A DNA stretch of 32,000 nucleotides from Candidatus Lokiarchaeum ossiferum (GTDB taxonomy: Archaea > Asgardarchaeota > Lokiarchaeia > Sigyniarchaeales > Promethearchaeaceae). The translations under genes and the position numbers were made by a program. Below are positions 1 to 8,741 of this stretch, piece after piece. The first letter of the stretch is position 1, and every line of letters starts with the position of its first letter. The notes under the pieces were generated by a model. The model was given only the letters and a program-made list of their open reading frames with translations, made no database searches and was not told the DNA's origin. The stretch is from positions 1,170,001 through 1,202,000 of the forward strand of contig CP104013.1 in assembly GCA_025839675.1 (NCBI GenBank), read 5' to 3'.

Positions 1-9
1 TCATGGTTA

Positions 10-684
10 TTAACTCCAAATGAGGGTTTCTTCAAAATTAGGTAAGTATTCGGGAGCATATTTGTGGAAAAAGGCAACAATGACTGTGGTTATCAACCCT
101 TCTCCTAAAGCAATCAGTAGATGATATCCCAACATAGTCGGAACAGTATATTTCAATCCAAATGGAAAGGAACTGGACAATCCGACTTCGATACCACAAA
201 TCGTTGCAGCTAAAACTACAGAAATATAAGCACCCACAAAAGTGGCAATGAGCAAATTTTGCGTATATTTTTTATCTTCTGTATTAGCTTTTGATTTTTT
301 TCGAATAGACCAATACGCAAAATAACCAGGTAATGTGGCAATGCCCATGTTAAAGATATTGGCGCCAAGAGCAATTATTCCTCCATCAGCAAAAATAAAG
401 GCTTGAATAATAAGAACCACAGAAATCATAATAAAAGCAGCTGATGGTGAAATTAAGATAGCCATCAGAATAAATCCAAGAAAATGGCCACTCGTCCCAG
501 CAGCAATTGGGAAATTGAGCATTTGTAAAGCAAAGACCATTGCGGTGATAACAGAGATAATTGCAATTTGATCTTCCTTAATCGTTTTTTTTATTTTAAA
601 TAAGGAAAGCGATCCATACCCAATCGTAACAATCCATAGGGGGATGACAATCCATAAATCCAACAAACCTTCTGGGATGTGCAT
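10..684 (-). CDS. cbiM: ECF-type cobalt/nickel transporter membrane subunit CbiM/NikM
   Basis: ORF 10..693 (227 aa) is a polytopic membrane protein. From its internal Met it reads MHIPEGLL, the Met-His-x-x-(D/E)-G N-terminus that is the hallmark of CbiM/NikM, where the N-terminal amine and His2 ligate the metal. Other family-like blocks are FALQMLNFPIAAGTSGHFLG and ADGGIIALGANIFNMG. I place the start at the ATG at 684 (complement of cat 682-684), not the GTG at 693 used by the ORF track. Confidence 0.8.
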   Translation of the reverse strand: MHIPEGLLDLWIVIPLWIVTIGYGSLSLFKIKKTIKEDQIAIISVITAMVFALQMLNFPIAAGTSGHFLGFILMAILISPSAAFIMISVVLIIQAFIFADGGIIALGANIFNMGIATLPGYFAYWSIRKKSKANTEDKKYTQNLLIATFVGAYISVVLAATICGIEVGLSSSFPFGLKYTVPTMLGYHLLIALGEGLITTVIVAFFHKYAPEYLPNFEETLIWS

Positions 685-961
685 AATAATCACAATTGAT
701 ATTTTCAGTTGAGTAATACTGATTTATCAACAAATAATATTTGATCATATTCGTTTTAAAATTTTTCATATTGTAATTATAATTCAATTCCAATGATTCT
801 GCTATTCATGAAAACTTAAGTTCATTATCCTTCTATGCCTCTTCAATTATATCTGAATAGTATTGAAAGACCGAATTATCCACTGAAAAACACTATTGTG
901 GACAATCCAAGATGATAAATTAAATGAAGTTTTTTAAATAAATTACACAAACTATCAAGGG

Positions 962-1771
962 ATGACTTTAGATAAAAAAAAAGGAATTTCTGTAGATATT
1001 GTTATAATTCTAACAATTATGTTACTACTATTCTTCAGCTTCTTCATAGTGGATTGGGTAATATATTTTAAGGAGTTAGAAAATGTATATTATGCAGGTA
1101 TAGCTAAGCCTACATTAACATTTCTATGCTTTCTATTGGTTATTTATATCAAACCTATAGCTTTGGATAAAAAGGACTGGTTTCTTTTATTCTTTGCATT
1201 TTTATGCATGGTACCAACGGATATTCTGATGAGTATTTATGGATTAAGCCCAAATATAGCTGCAGATTCACCCCTATTTATGATAGGAGGAATTCTTTCT
1301 ATTGTTGCCCATGGAATATTTGCAATCCGTCATGGGAAAGGTTTTCCTTATTGGAAGAAATCACATGAATTTGTAACATTAGAGCAAAAATCAAGTGCCA
1401 AAAAATTTATTGATAAATTTTGGATAGGATTATCAATATTTGGAACAGGTATTATAATAGTAATAATATTGTGGACAGATATAGTTAGGATTGGACACAC
1501 AATTATTGCTCCAATTTATCTTGCATTTTTCTGTATGTCAACATGGATTTCTTGGGAAGCAGTGCGATATAAATTATATCCTAAAAAAAATGGCATATTA
1601 CTTGCAATAGGAATGACAGCTTGGTTTTTAACAGAAGTTGTTGGAGAAATTTATAACATTGGAATTGGAAATCCTTCCGAAATTGCATTCCGATTTGTGT
1701 GGGTATTTTATAGCACAACGATTATATGTTTGTCATTAAGTGGATTAGATTGGACTAAAAAAAGACAATAA
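962..1771 (+). CDS. polytopic membrane protein, possible YhhN/TMEM86 (lysoplasmalogenase-like) family
   Basis: 269-aa ORF with about 8 hydrophobic helices. Segments GIAKPTLTFLCFLLV, FLCMVPTDILMS and MIGGILSIVAHGIFAI resemble, from memory, the KP, GD.L and G..F..H..Y blocks of E. coli YhhN. The family call is not verified by any search. Confidence 0.6.
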   Translation: MTLDKKKGISVDIVIILTIMLLLFFSFFIVDWVIYFKELENVYYAGIAKPTLTFLCFLLVIYIKPIALDKKDWFLLFFAFLCMVPTDILMSIYGLSPNIAADSPLFMIGGILSIVAHGIFAIRHGKGFPYWKKSHEFVTLEQKSSAKKFIDKFWIGLSIFGTGIIIVIILWTDIVRIGHTIIAPIYLAFFCMSTWISWEAVRYKLYPKKNGILLAIGMTAWFLTEVVGEIYNIGIGNPSEIAFRFVWVFYSTTIICLSLSGLDWTKKRQ

Positions 1772-2001
1772 TCACATTTTTTTATAATATTCCATCAAAT
1801 TTCTTCAAAATTGAGATTTTGATATTAGTTAATTGTTCTAATTCATATAACAATATATTAGATGCATGTAAAAATAATTAATGAGAATTCCTATGCAAGA
1901 ATGGCACAAAAACAACTATTGATATGAAGAAGAATCATCACTCTCAATTTTTAATTTTTTCTGTTAGCTTTTTAAACAACTTATTAACTGACTCTTTACT
2001 C

Positions 2002-2021
2002 TTATATATGGTATTTAAATA
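2002..2021 (+). promoter_or_regulatory. candidate archaeal TATA-box promoter of tbp
   Basis: TTATATAT at 2002-2009 and TATTTAAATA at 2012-2021 lie 20-40 nt upstream of the tbp ATG at 2042. This spacing implies a leaderless or very short-leader mRNA. There is no experimental transcription start site. Confidence 0.35.
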
Positions 2022-2041
2022 AAAAAAAAAAAGTGATTTCT

Positions 2042-2650
2042 ATGTCCGAAGAAGAAAAATTTACGTATAAGATAGAAAACGTTGTAGCGACAGTTGTAGC
2101 CGATATTGAAGAAAAAATGGATTTAAATGTGATAGCCCGTAAATATTCGGATGTTGAGTATAACCCTGAACGATTTCCTGGATTAGTCATGCGAATTGTT
2201 GAACCTAAGGCAACAATATTAGTCTTCTCAACAGGTAAAATGGTCGTAACGGGAATGAGAAGAGCTGATGAAGCAGAAACTGTAGTAAATGATGTAATTA
2301 AACGGATTTCAGATTGTAAAATTAAGATTTCCAATCCAGTGATTATTATTCAAAATATCGTTGCCAGTGGGGACCTCAAATGTTCCATCGATTTAAATAT
2401 GGCTGCTGTTGTAATGGAAAATAGTATGTATGAGCCAGAAGTATTTCCAGGATTAATATTTCGGATGAAAGAACCCAAAACTGTGTTTTTAATTTTTTCT
2501 ACGGGAAAAATTGTGTGTACGGGTGGAAAAACTAAAGAAATAGTGAGGGATGCGTGCGAAAAATTGTATTACGCAGTCCGAGAATATGATGTTGCTCGCG
2601 AACCTGGCGAGGAACCAGTTTATGAAGAAGAAGAAATGTCATTTCTCTAA
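2042..2650 (+). CDS. tbp: TATA-box binding protein (TBP)
   Basis: Two direct TBP repeats are visible: IENVVATV...EYNPERFPGLVMRIVEPKATILVFSTGKMVVTG and IQNIVASGDL...MYEPEVFPGLIFRMKEPKTVFLIFSTGKIVCTGGK. An acidic C-terminal tail (EEPVYEEEEMSFL) is typical of archaeal TBPs. The ORF track starts at the GTG at 2033; the first ATG is at 2042. Confidence 0.93.
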   Translation: MSEEEKFTYKIENVVATVVADIEEKMDLNVIARKYSDVEYNPERFPGLVMRIVEPKATILVFSTGKMVVTGMRRADEAETVVNDVIKRISDCKIKISNPVIIIQNIVASGDLKCSIDLNMAAVVMENSMYEPEVFPGLIFRMKEPKTVFLIFSTGKIVCTGGKTKEIVRDACEKLYYAVREYDVAREPGEEPVYEEEEMSFL

Positions 2651-2911
2651 TAATTTTTTATCCTTTTTTTACTTAAGTTTGTTCCAAATCTTTCATTCCA
2701 ATTGTAATCTTAAGTAATGATTTTGAGTATGTTGTAGAAATCTTGTGTTAAAATTCTTTGAATAACTTTATGAGAAGATGTAGTAATAGAAATAAAATAA
2801 TAATTCACTTTAATGAAACGTGAAGTGATAAGGAAGGAAATATATCTGAAAATGTGAGTATCTCCAAAATCTTTATTTATTTCCTTAATAAAATGTTTAT
2901 CGTGAATAATA

Positions 2912-5900
2912 ATGGGACGATCAAAAGAAATTTTTAGAATTCCCAATATACTCCGTCGAAATGTTCTCACAGGGCATGATTCTCCTGTGGAAGCAATTAT
3001 TGTGCGAGAAAAATATATTTTCTCTGCTTCTCGGTTTGGGAAAATTATTATTTGGGATTTACATACGGGAGAAATCATAAAATCATTAGAAGGTCATACA
3101 AGTAGTGTAAATTGTCTTGATTTTCAAAAAGGGCAGTTAATTTCAGGGAGTAATGATAAAACAATCCGAATTTGGTCATGTGACTCAGGAGAGTGTATAA
3201 AAATTCTCCACGGTCATACTGCAGCAATTCTTTCTGTTAGTATACAAGACAATTATATTGCATCTGGATCAGACGATTCAACAATCAAAATTTGGAAATT
3301 AGACTCGGGAGAATTAATCCAGACAATAGAGGCACACTCTCGTAGTGTTTCTGGGGTTAAATTTTGTGAAGATAAATTATTTACCGTTTCATGGGATCAC
3401 TTTTTGAAAATTTGGGATATAAATTCTTGGCAATGTGTAGGATCCTATGAAGAACATTTTGATGCCATTGCTGCCATGGATGTATCCAGTAAATTTATTG
3501 TAACTGGGGATCAAACAGGATATTTCAATGTTTGGGATTCAAAAACCTATGAGCTTCTACATCATTTAAAACATCATCGATTATCAGTGATGGGAATAAA
3601 AATTGATGGAAATTATCTATATTCAACTTCAAAAGATAAAACTATCTTGATTACCGATCTCTCTACTGGAGTGATGGTAAAAAAACTAGAAGGCCACCAA
3701 GATGCAACAGTTGGAATCGATAAACTAGGAAATTTAGTTGTTACATCATCTGCTGATAAAACAATTAGTATTTGGGATGATTTTTCTTTGCACAGTCAAT
3801 ATAGAATCAAAGCTCATGATGGATTGATCTTAGGAACAAAAGCACAAAATAATACATTAGTTACAGCGAGTATTGACAATCTCTTGAAAATTTGGAATGT
3901 AAAAAAAGGAGAATTGATCAAAACCATCGCTCTTGAAGAAAATAGTTGGGTGTGGGGGTTGGCTTTTAGTAATAACCAAATTCTCGCTTCATCAGATGAA
4001 GGAGTTTATAGATTGTATGATCTGAATACGGGTCAAAAATTACTGGAACTAAAAGGACATGAAGGAAAAGTTTATCGTGCAATGATGCGCAATAATAAAG
4101 CGATTACTTCGGGTTGGGATACTACTTCTCGAGTTTGGGATTTAACCACGGGAGAATGCTTACATGTGCTTCGAGGACACACATATGCAGTTTATTCTTC
4201 TGTTATTACTGAAGATGGGATGTATGTTACCGGCTCATCGGATGGAACAATAAGAGTATGGGATTCTGATGGTCATTTAAAACATATTATTAACTATCAT
4301 CAAGATGAAGTATTTCATCTCGAGACTCAAGGGAATTTGGTAGCTTCTGCTTCAGGTGATGGAATATGTGGAGTTTTTAACTATAAAACGGGGGAAACAA
4401 TTGCCGAATTCGATGATCACACCGATCAAGTCTGGTGTGTTTTAATTCACAACGATATTGTGATTTCTGGATCTGCTGATAATAGTATTAAAGTTTGGAG
4501 TCTAAAAACCAAAGAATGTTTGGACACTCTTGAAGGTCATACCGATAATGTTAAGGATTTAGCTTTGAGTGGTAATTTTTTAATCTCAGGCTCATTAGAC
4601 TCAATCATCCGAATTTGGGATATTAGTAAATATTTTGATGAAAAATTGGAAATCGATGAGACTATTACGCAGGATTTTGATGTTTTGGGAGCACAAATTC
4701 AAATGGCGCGCACTTATGATTTAGTGCCTGCAGAATTAGGTTCGCCTGGAATAATTCGGATTCTCTATGGTATGAAACCACTCAGTCCTGATACTTCCTG
4801 TGACCATGAGAAATTTGTCTTAGTATTAAAGAAATCTGCAAAAACGTGGTATAATTTAGGAAAATTAGGGTATGCACCATGGTTATCAGATATTCCACGA
4901 GGAATTGAAGGAGGGACAATCCCAATTGGAGAAACAGAGACATTGGGTATTGTTCTGGAAGAATTTATGAAAGGATTTCGAGATAATGGAGATCTTTTTT
5001 GGATGGGATTACTAAGACGGTTTGGCAACAAAATCGAAACATTGTTACCCGAAAAATGGTCCTTTGATTTGAATTTTTCTGGGCAAGGACCTAATCCAAT
5101 TGAAGGCTACAAGTGGCATCATTTAGGTCCGCGCATTAATGAAGTGGAGTTAAAAGATCGGGAAGAAACTGCACTCATCTTTCAATTACGGTTAAAAAAC
5201 ATTAATGAATGGATATTACCATTAGTTAAAGCCTTTGAAATTCAAGTTAAAGACGATCGTGGGGATGTGGATTACATTAACTTTAGCAATTTCCGTCCAG
5301 ATAAAGATGGAAACTGGTGCTCTACAGCAATGTTCAAAATTGATGCAGGTTATAAAATGGAGCCAAAAGCCATCATCTTCTTCACAGATGTGAATGTAAT
5401 TTATGAAAGTTTATTAGCTCCCAGTTTTCAAGGGACTAATATTTTGAAGCAATTATCACTCCTTCGGCATGATAATGAAGATTTACGGGTGAAAGTTGAT
5501 ACTATACAACAACAATTTTTGCTACTCTCCGAAAAAATATCAACAACTAATACCAGCAAGATTGTTCCAAAGAAAAAGAACGATTTAGTCCCAAAAACCA
5601 TCCTCCCAGGATATCAGTTGCAAAATTTATATACATGCCCCAAAGGGAAGAAAATTTTCAAGCGAATTGAGAAACAATATCAAGAACCAGCCATTGGAAC
5701 GTTGAATGTGAATATTGGAGGATACTTCAATAAATTTCTTGAACACATTCAGCCAAAATTTATCCTCTTCACATCTGCTTCAAGTATTACTGCCGCTTTG
5801 ATTATTATTTTACTCTATATCCAAGGAATATTCCAGATCAATTTCTTAGGAACCTCCATTGAAATTGCTGGTAACGAGATACAGTGGGCTGAAATTATTC

Positions 5901-6004
5901 TGAATCTTCTAATTTATTTTGTTCTAATATTTGTGTTGGTTATTAGCATCTCCAATTGGATTCGCTTCCAGCATAAAAAGAAAAAACGCAGATCATTTAA
6001 TTAA
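2912..6004 (+). CDS. membrane-anchored WD40 repeat protein (two predicted 7-bladed beta-propellers, unknown central domain, 2 C-terminal TM helices)
   Basis: 1030-aa ORF. Residues ~20-570 (nt ~2969-4622) hold 14 recognisable WD40 units, for example GHTSSVNCLDF...SGSNDKTIRIWS, GHTAAILSVSI...SGSDDSTIKIWK and GHTDNVKDLAL...SGSLDSIIRIWD. Residues ~575-905 have no motif I recognise. Two hydrophobic helices sit near the C-terminus (FILFTSASSITAALIIILLYIQGIF and WAEIILNLLIYFVLIFVLVISISNWI), followed by a basic HKKKKRR tail. Confidence 0.85.
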   Translation: MGRSKEIFRIPNILRRNVLTGHDSPVEAIIVREKYIFSASRFGKIIIWDLHTGEIIKSLEGHTSSVNCLDFQKGQLISGSNDKTIRIWSCDSGECIKILHGHTAAILSVSIQDNYIASGSDDSTIKIWKLDSGELIQTIEAHSRSVSGVKFCEDKLFTVSWDHFLKIWDINSWQCVGSYEEHFDAIAAMDVSSKFIVTGDQTGYFNVWDSKTYELLHHLKHHRLSVMGIKIDGNYLYSTSKDKTILITDLSTGVMVKKLEGHQDATVGIDKLGNLVVTSSADKTISIWDDFSLHSQYRIKAHDGLILGTKAQNNTLVTASIDNLLKIWNVKKGELIKTIALEENSWVWGLAFSNNQILASSDEGVYRLYDLNTGQKLLELKGHEGKVYRAMMRNNKAITSGWDTTSRVWDLTTGECLHVLRGHTYAVYSSVITEDGMYVTGSSDGTIRVWDSDGHLKHIINYHQDEVFHLETQGNLVASASGDGICGVFNYKTGETIAEFDDHTDQVWCVLIHNDIVISGSADNSIKVWSLKTKECLDTLEGHTDNVKDLALSGNFLISGSLDSIIRIWDISKYFDEKLEIDETITQDFDVLGAQIQMARTYDLVPAELGSPGIIRILYGMKPLSPDTSCDHEKFVLVLKKSAKTWYNLGKLGYAPWLSDIPRGIEGGTIPIGETETLGIVLEEFMKGFRDNGDLFWMGLLRRFGNKIETLLPEKWSFDLNFSGQGPNPIEGYKWHHLGPRINEVELKDREETALIFQLRLKNINEWILPLVKAFEIQVKDDRGDVDYINFSNFRPDKDGNWCSTAMFKIDAGYKMEPKAIIFFTDVNVIYESLLAPSFQGTNILKQLSLLRHDNEDLRVKVDTIQQQFLLLSEKISTTNTSKIVPKKKNDLVPKTILPGYQLQNLYTCPKGKKIFKRIEKQYQEPAIGTLNVNIGGYFNKFLEHIQPKFILFTSASSITAALIIILLYIQGIFQINFLGTSIEIAGNEIQWAEIILNLLIYFVLIFVLVISISNWIRFQHKKKKRRSFN

Positions 6005-6065
6005 ATGATGCAAAAATACTGAAAAATCATTTTTTTTTATTTACCAAGCAATAGAAGAAAATTTA

Positions 6066-6758
6066 ATGAAAAATAGCAAAGATGAACATATAATGGAAAC
6101 GGAATTTTTTCGAACACATAATCCTGAAGATGCAAAATTTATTTATAAGATCGGTCAAAATTTGTTATTTACTCCAAAGATGTACAGCACTGCAATACCA
6201 GAAGAACGAAAACGGTATGCAAATTCAGGTTTCGTTATTGGAAATCATGAAATTCAAGTAGTTGAAAACTGGATTAAAGACAAACGCAATGTAATTATTT
6301 TAGGTAACTACAAAAATACTCCCACCCAGCCAAATATATTTGCATATAGTTTACTTTTAGGCGATGATAAAATCATTGACCAAGTTCAAAAATACGCTGA
6401 GGACATTTCATTTTGTAGTGAAAAAGCCCGAACGGTTATTAATTCTCGAGACTTCATGTATTTAATCCAGATTGGTATTTCTCCTTCTTATCACAACTTA
6501 GGATATGGGTCACAACTATTTCAAGCGGGATTTTCTAGTACATCGTGTCCAATTATTTCATTTGTGATTAAATCCCCCATTCATAACTACCCTTCCCTCT
6601 ATGCCCATTTAAAAAATGGATATGAATATATGGGGGATTATACGGGAAAATATGACCAATTCGACAACTATCGTTCTGTGGGGCTCATATATTATCCAAA
6701 TTCTACTCTTCCGACAAAAGAGGAACTAAAAATAAAATTTCAAAAAGCCTTACTTTAA
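6066..6758 (+). CDS. hypothetical protein, possible GNAT-family N-acetyltransferase
   Basis: 230-aa ORF. The segment FMYLIQIGISPSYHNLGYGSQLFQAGF resembles GNAT motif A (beta4-alpha3 with an x-x-G-x-G/A acetyl-CoA pyrophosphate loop). No other motif is recognised, and the start could be the internal Met at 6093. Confidence 0.5.
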   Translation: MKNSKDEHIMETEFFRTHNPEDAKFIYKIGQNLLFTPKMYSTAIPEERKRYANSGFVIGNHEIQVVENWIKDKRNVIILGNYKNTPTQPNIFAYSLLLGDDKIIDQVQKYAEDISFCSEKARTVINSRDFMYLIQIGISPSYHNLGYGSQLFQAGFSSTSCPIISFVIKSPIHNYPSLYAHLKNGYEYMGDYTGKYDQFDNYRSVGLIYYPNSTLPTKEELKIKFQKALL

Positions 6759-6824
6759 AATATACGTTGGATTGATATTCGTCCTTATCGCCCCTAAAAC
6801 CATAAAAAAAAGTTGAATCTCTAT

Positions 6825-8558
6825 TTAAGGCTTCATCTCATAGAGATCTTTTAATTTAAAGACATGATCCTTCCAAATCTTTTCAAAACGAGGTTTATTC
6901 ACTTTAGGTTTCTTTAACATTCGCTTACTAAACCATCGTTGTAATCCTGTGGCTTGAGGTTTGGAATAGAGTTGTAATGAGAATTTAGAAAAGTCTCGCA
7001 CAATAAAATCGAAGATTTGATCTAACAAATCATCTTCAATAGCGTAGATTTTAGCATTCTCAATAATGAGCTGACCATAAACAATGAGTGTGAACATTTC
7101 ACCCATAATTAATAGAAAATCTATATCTTTCGCTTGTTCTTTAGTTGGACGGGCAGCCATCAACATAAGTTTAAACATTCGAATTTGTTTTTTGAATATT
7201 TTGACATTACTGAGGTCCACAGAGCCATACACTTTGCTATAATCATGGAAACGAATTTTACTTAAACCTTTAGTTGAACCTTGGTCAAATAGAAAATCAT
7301 CATTTTGTGGATCCATTTGTTTGGCGACTTCTGGGAATTCCGCATGTTTGAAGAAATAATTCGCCATAAATTTGATGATTAAAGCCATATTGACGTGAAC
7401 CGTCCCCTCCAACTTGGGTAAAGCCCGAATATCTCGACCAGCAACAGAAAAGTACATATTTTTCTCAAAACCTTTCGCTGCAATGATATCCCAGAGAAGA
7501 TTGACCACTTCTTCCCCTTGGGTGGTAACTTTCATTTTGACCATAGGATCGTAAAGAAGGTAACGGCGATCATTTTTAGATGCCGTCCGCATGTAATCCG
7601 AACCCCGAAGAGCAAAAAGTTTCATAGCCACCAACCGGCAATAGGAATCCATAAAGAGTTGCCGAATGTGAGGAAAATCGGTCACATAATGATTGAAGAG
7701 ATTTCGATGGGAAGCGTGATTGATAGCTTCATATAAACAATGGGTACAAATTCCGATGGAAGCCCAGCCTAAATTAAATTTGCCGATGTTCACGGTATTC
7801 AAGGTCATATCCCATGCTTCGCGTCCGGTTGCTAAAATGTCCGCGTCGGTTATAGGATAATCATGGAGAGTATATTCGGCCACATAGGAACTAGTAGCAA
7901 TCAAATTTTGGACACATTCATACTTCTCATGCTGACTGTTTACCGCAAAGAAAACATAATTTCCATATTTTTCATCTTTAGGATCTAAGCTTGGTTCTGT
8001 TTTCCCAAAAATGGACACTAAAGCCGCTTTATTCCCATTTCCAATATAATACTTACTTCCCCGTGCAGTATATTTACCCTCTTCAATTTGTTTGAGGATC
8101 ATATCTGTGGAATAGATATCAGCCCCGTGATCTTGCTCTGACAAACCAAAAGCAAAAATTCCTCCTTCTTCCAAGAGCTTGGCGGTTTTTTTCTTGATTT
8201 CTTCATTTTTACTGATCCAAATGGGACCTAAACCTAATATTGACACTTGCCAAGTATACCAGTATTGCAACCCATAGAAACCCAAAATTTCATTGAATTC
8301 ACAATTTCGATAAGTATCCCAGCGGGTTTTGCCTCCCCCATATTGTGTAGGAGTAAGTAGAGTTGAGAAGATTTTATTTTCTTTGACAAAATCCAGAAAA
8401 TCTTGATACCAGACTCGATCGAAATCATCTTGTAAAAGCTTGACTTTTCCACGATCTTCAAAAAACTTAATAGTTTTTAACATAATTTCACGGGATTCAT
8501 CATCTGGATATTCCCGTGTATGATTATTCGGATTTAATAATAACATTTCATTCACCAT
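6825..8558 (-). CDS. acyl-CoA dehydrogenase family protein (long form, 577 aa)
   Basis: ACAD-like blocks include GLSEQDHGADIYSTDM (compare TEPxAGSD), the middle beta-domain YYIGNGNKAALVSIFGK, and the C-terminal helical domain with LPKLEGTVHVNMALI (compare the catalytic-base region YEGT). Roughly 150 aa of extra C-terminal helical sequence follows. Confidence 0.8.
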   Translation of the reverse strand: MVNEMLLLNPNNHTREYPDDESREIMLKTIKFFEDRGKVKLLQDDFDRVWYQDFLDFVKENKIFSTLLTPTQYGGGKTRWDTYRNCEFNEILGFYGLQYWYTWQVSILGLGPIWISKNEEIKKKTAKLLEEGGIFAFGLSEQDHGADIYSTDMILKQIEEGKYTARGSKYYIGNGNKAALVSIFGKTEPSLDPKDEKYGNYVFFAVNSQHEKYECVQNLIATSSYVAEYTLHDYPITDADILATGREAWDMTLNTVNIGKFNLGWASIGICTHCLYEAINHASHRNLFNHYVTDFPHIRQLFMDSYCRLVAMKLFALRGSDYMRTASKNDRRYLLYDPMVKMKVTTQGEEVVNLLWDIIAAKGFEKNMYFSVAGRDIRALPKLEGTVHVNMALIIKFMANYFFKHAEFPEVAKQMDPQNDDFLFDQGSTKGLSKIRFHDYSKVYGSVDLSNVKIFKKQIRMFKLMLMAARPTKEQAKDIDFLLIMGEMFTLIVYGQLIIENAKIYAIEDDLLDQIFDFIVRDFSKFSLQLYSKPQATGLQRWFSKRMLKKPKVNKPRFEKIWKDHVFKLKDLYEMKP

Positions 8559-8609
8559 TTAATTTATTCAAAATCTATTTCTTGGGCTAAATAAATGTTT
8601 AGACTTCAT

Positions 8610-8651
8610 TTTCCGAAAAATAAATGGATTTAGGGATCATTTTTTCGGAAA
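8610..8651. promoter_or_regulatory. inverted repeat TTCCGAAAAA-N20-TTTTTCGGAA in the divergent acd / HEAT-protein intergenic region
   Basis: The arms 8611-8620 and 8641-8650 are perfect reverse complements, extended by one pair at 8610/8651. The repeat lies 52-93 nt upstream of the acyl-CoA dehydrogenase start (8558, minus) and ~91 nt upstream of the 8742 start. It is a candidate operator or leader hairpin, but it is not statistically compelling alone in AT-rich DNA. Confidence 0.25.
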
Positions 8652-8741
8652 TTTGATCAATTCACAATCGTTTTTGTGATATCCATGATCACCGTTAATT
8701 TATTAAGTTTAAAGAAAGAAACTCCAACTTAGGGATTAATT

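Noticed and set aside
1-9. Start of a downstream minus-strand gene (cbiN-like) at the left edge
   Set aside because: The complement of 2-4 is ATG, 5 nt after the cbiM stop, which fits an operon. But only 4 nt of it lie in the window, so nothing can be supported.
694-961. Cobalamin riboswitch upstream of cbiM (minus strand)
   Set aside because: I looked because bacterial cbiM operons often carry one. The region is AT-rich, has no B12-box-like GCCACUG/CCCGC core and no extended complementarity. Only a weak 9-bp repeat with one mismatch is present (875-883/898-906).
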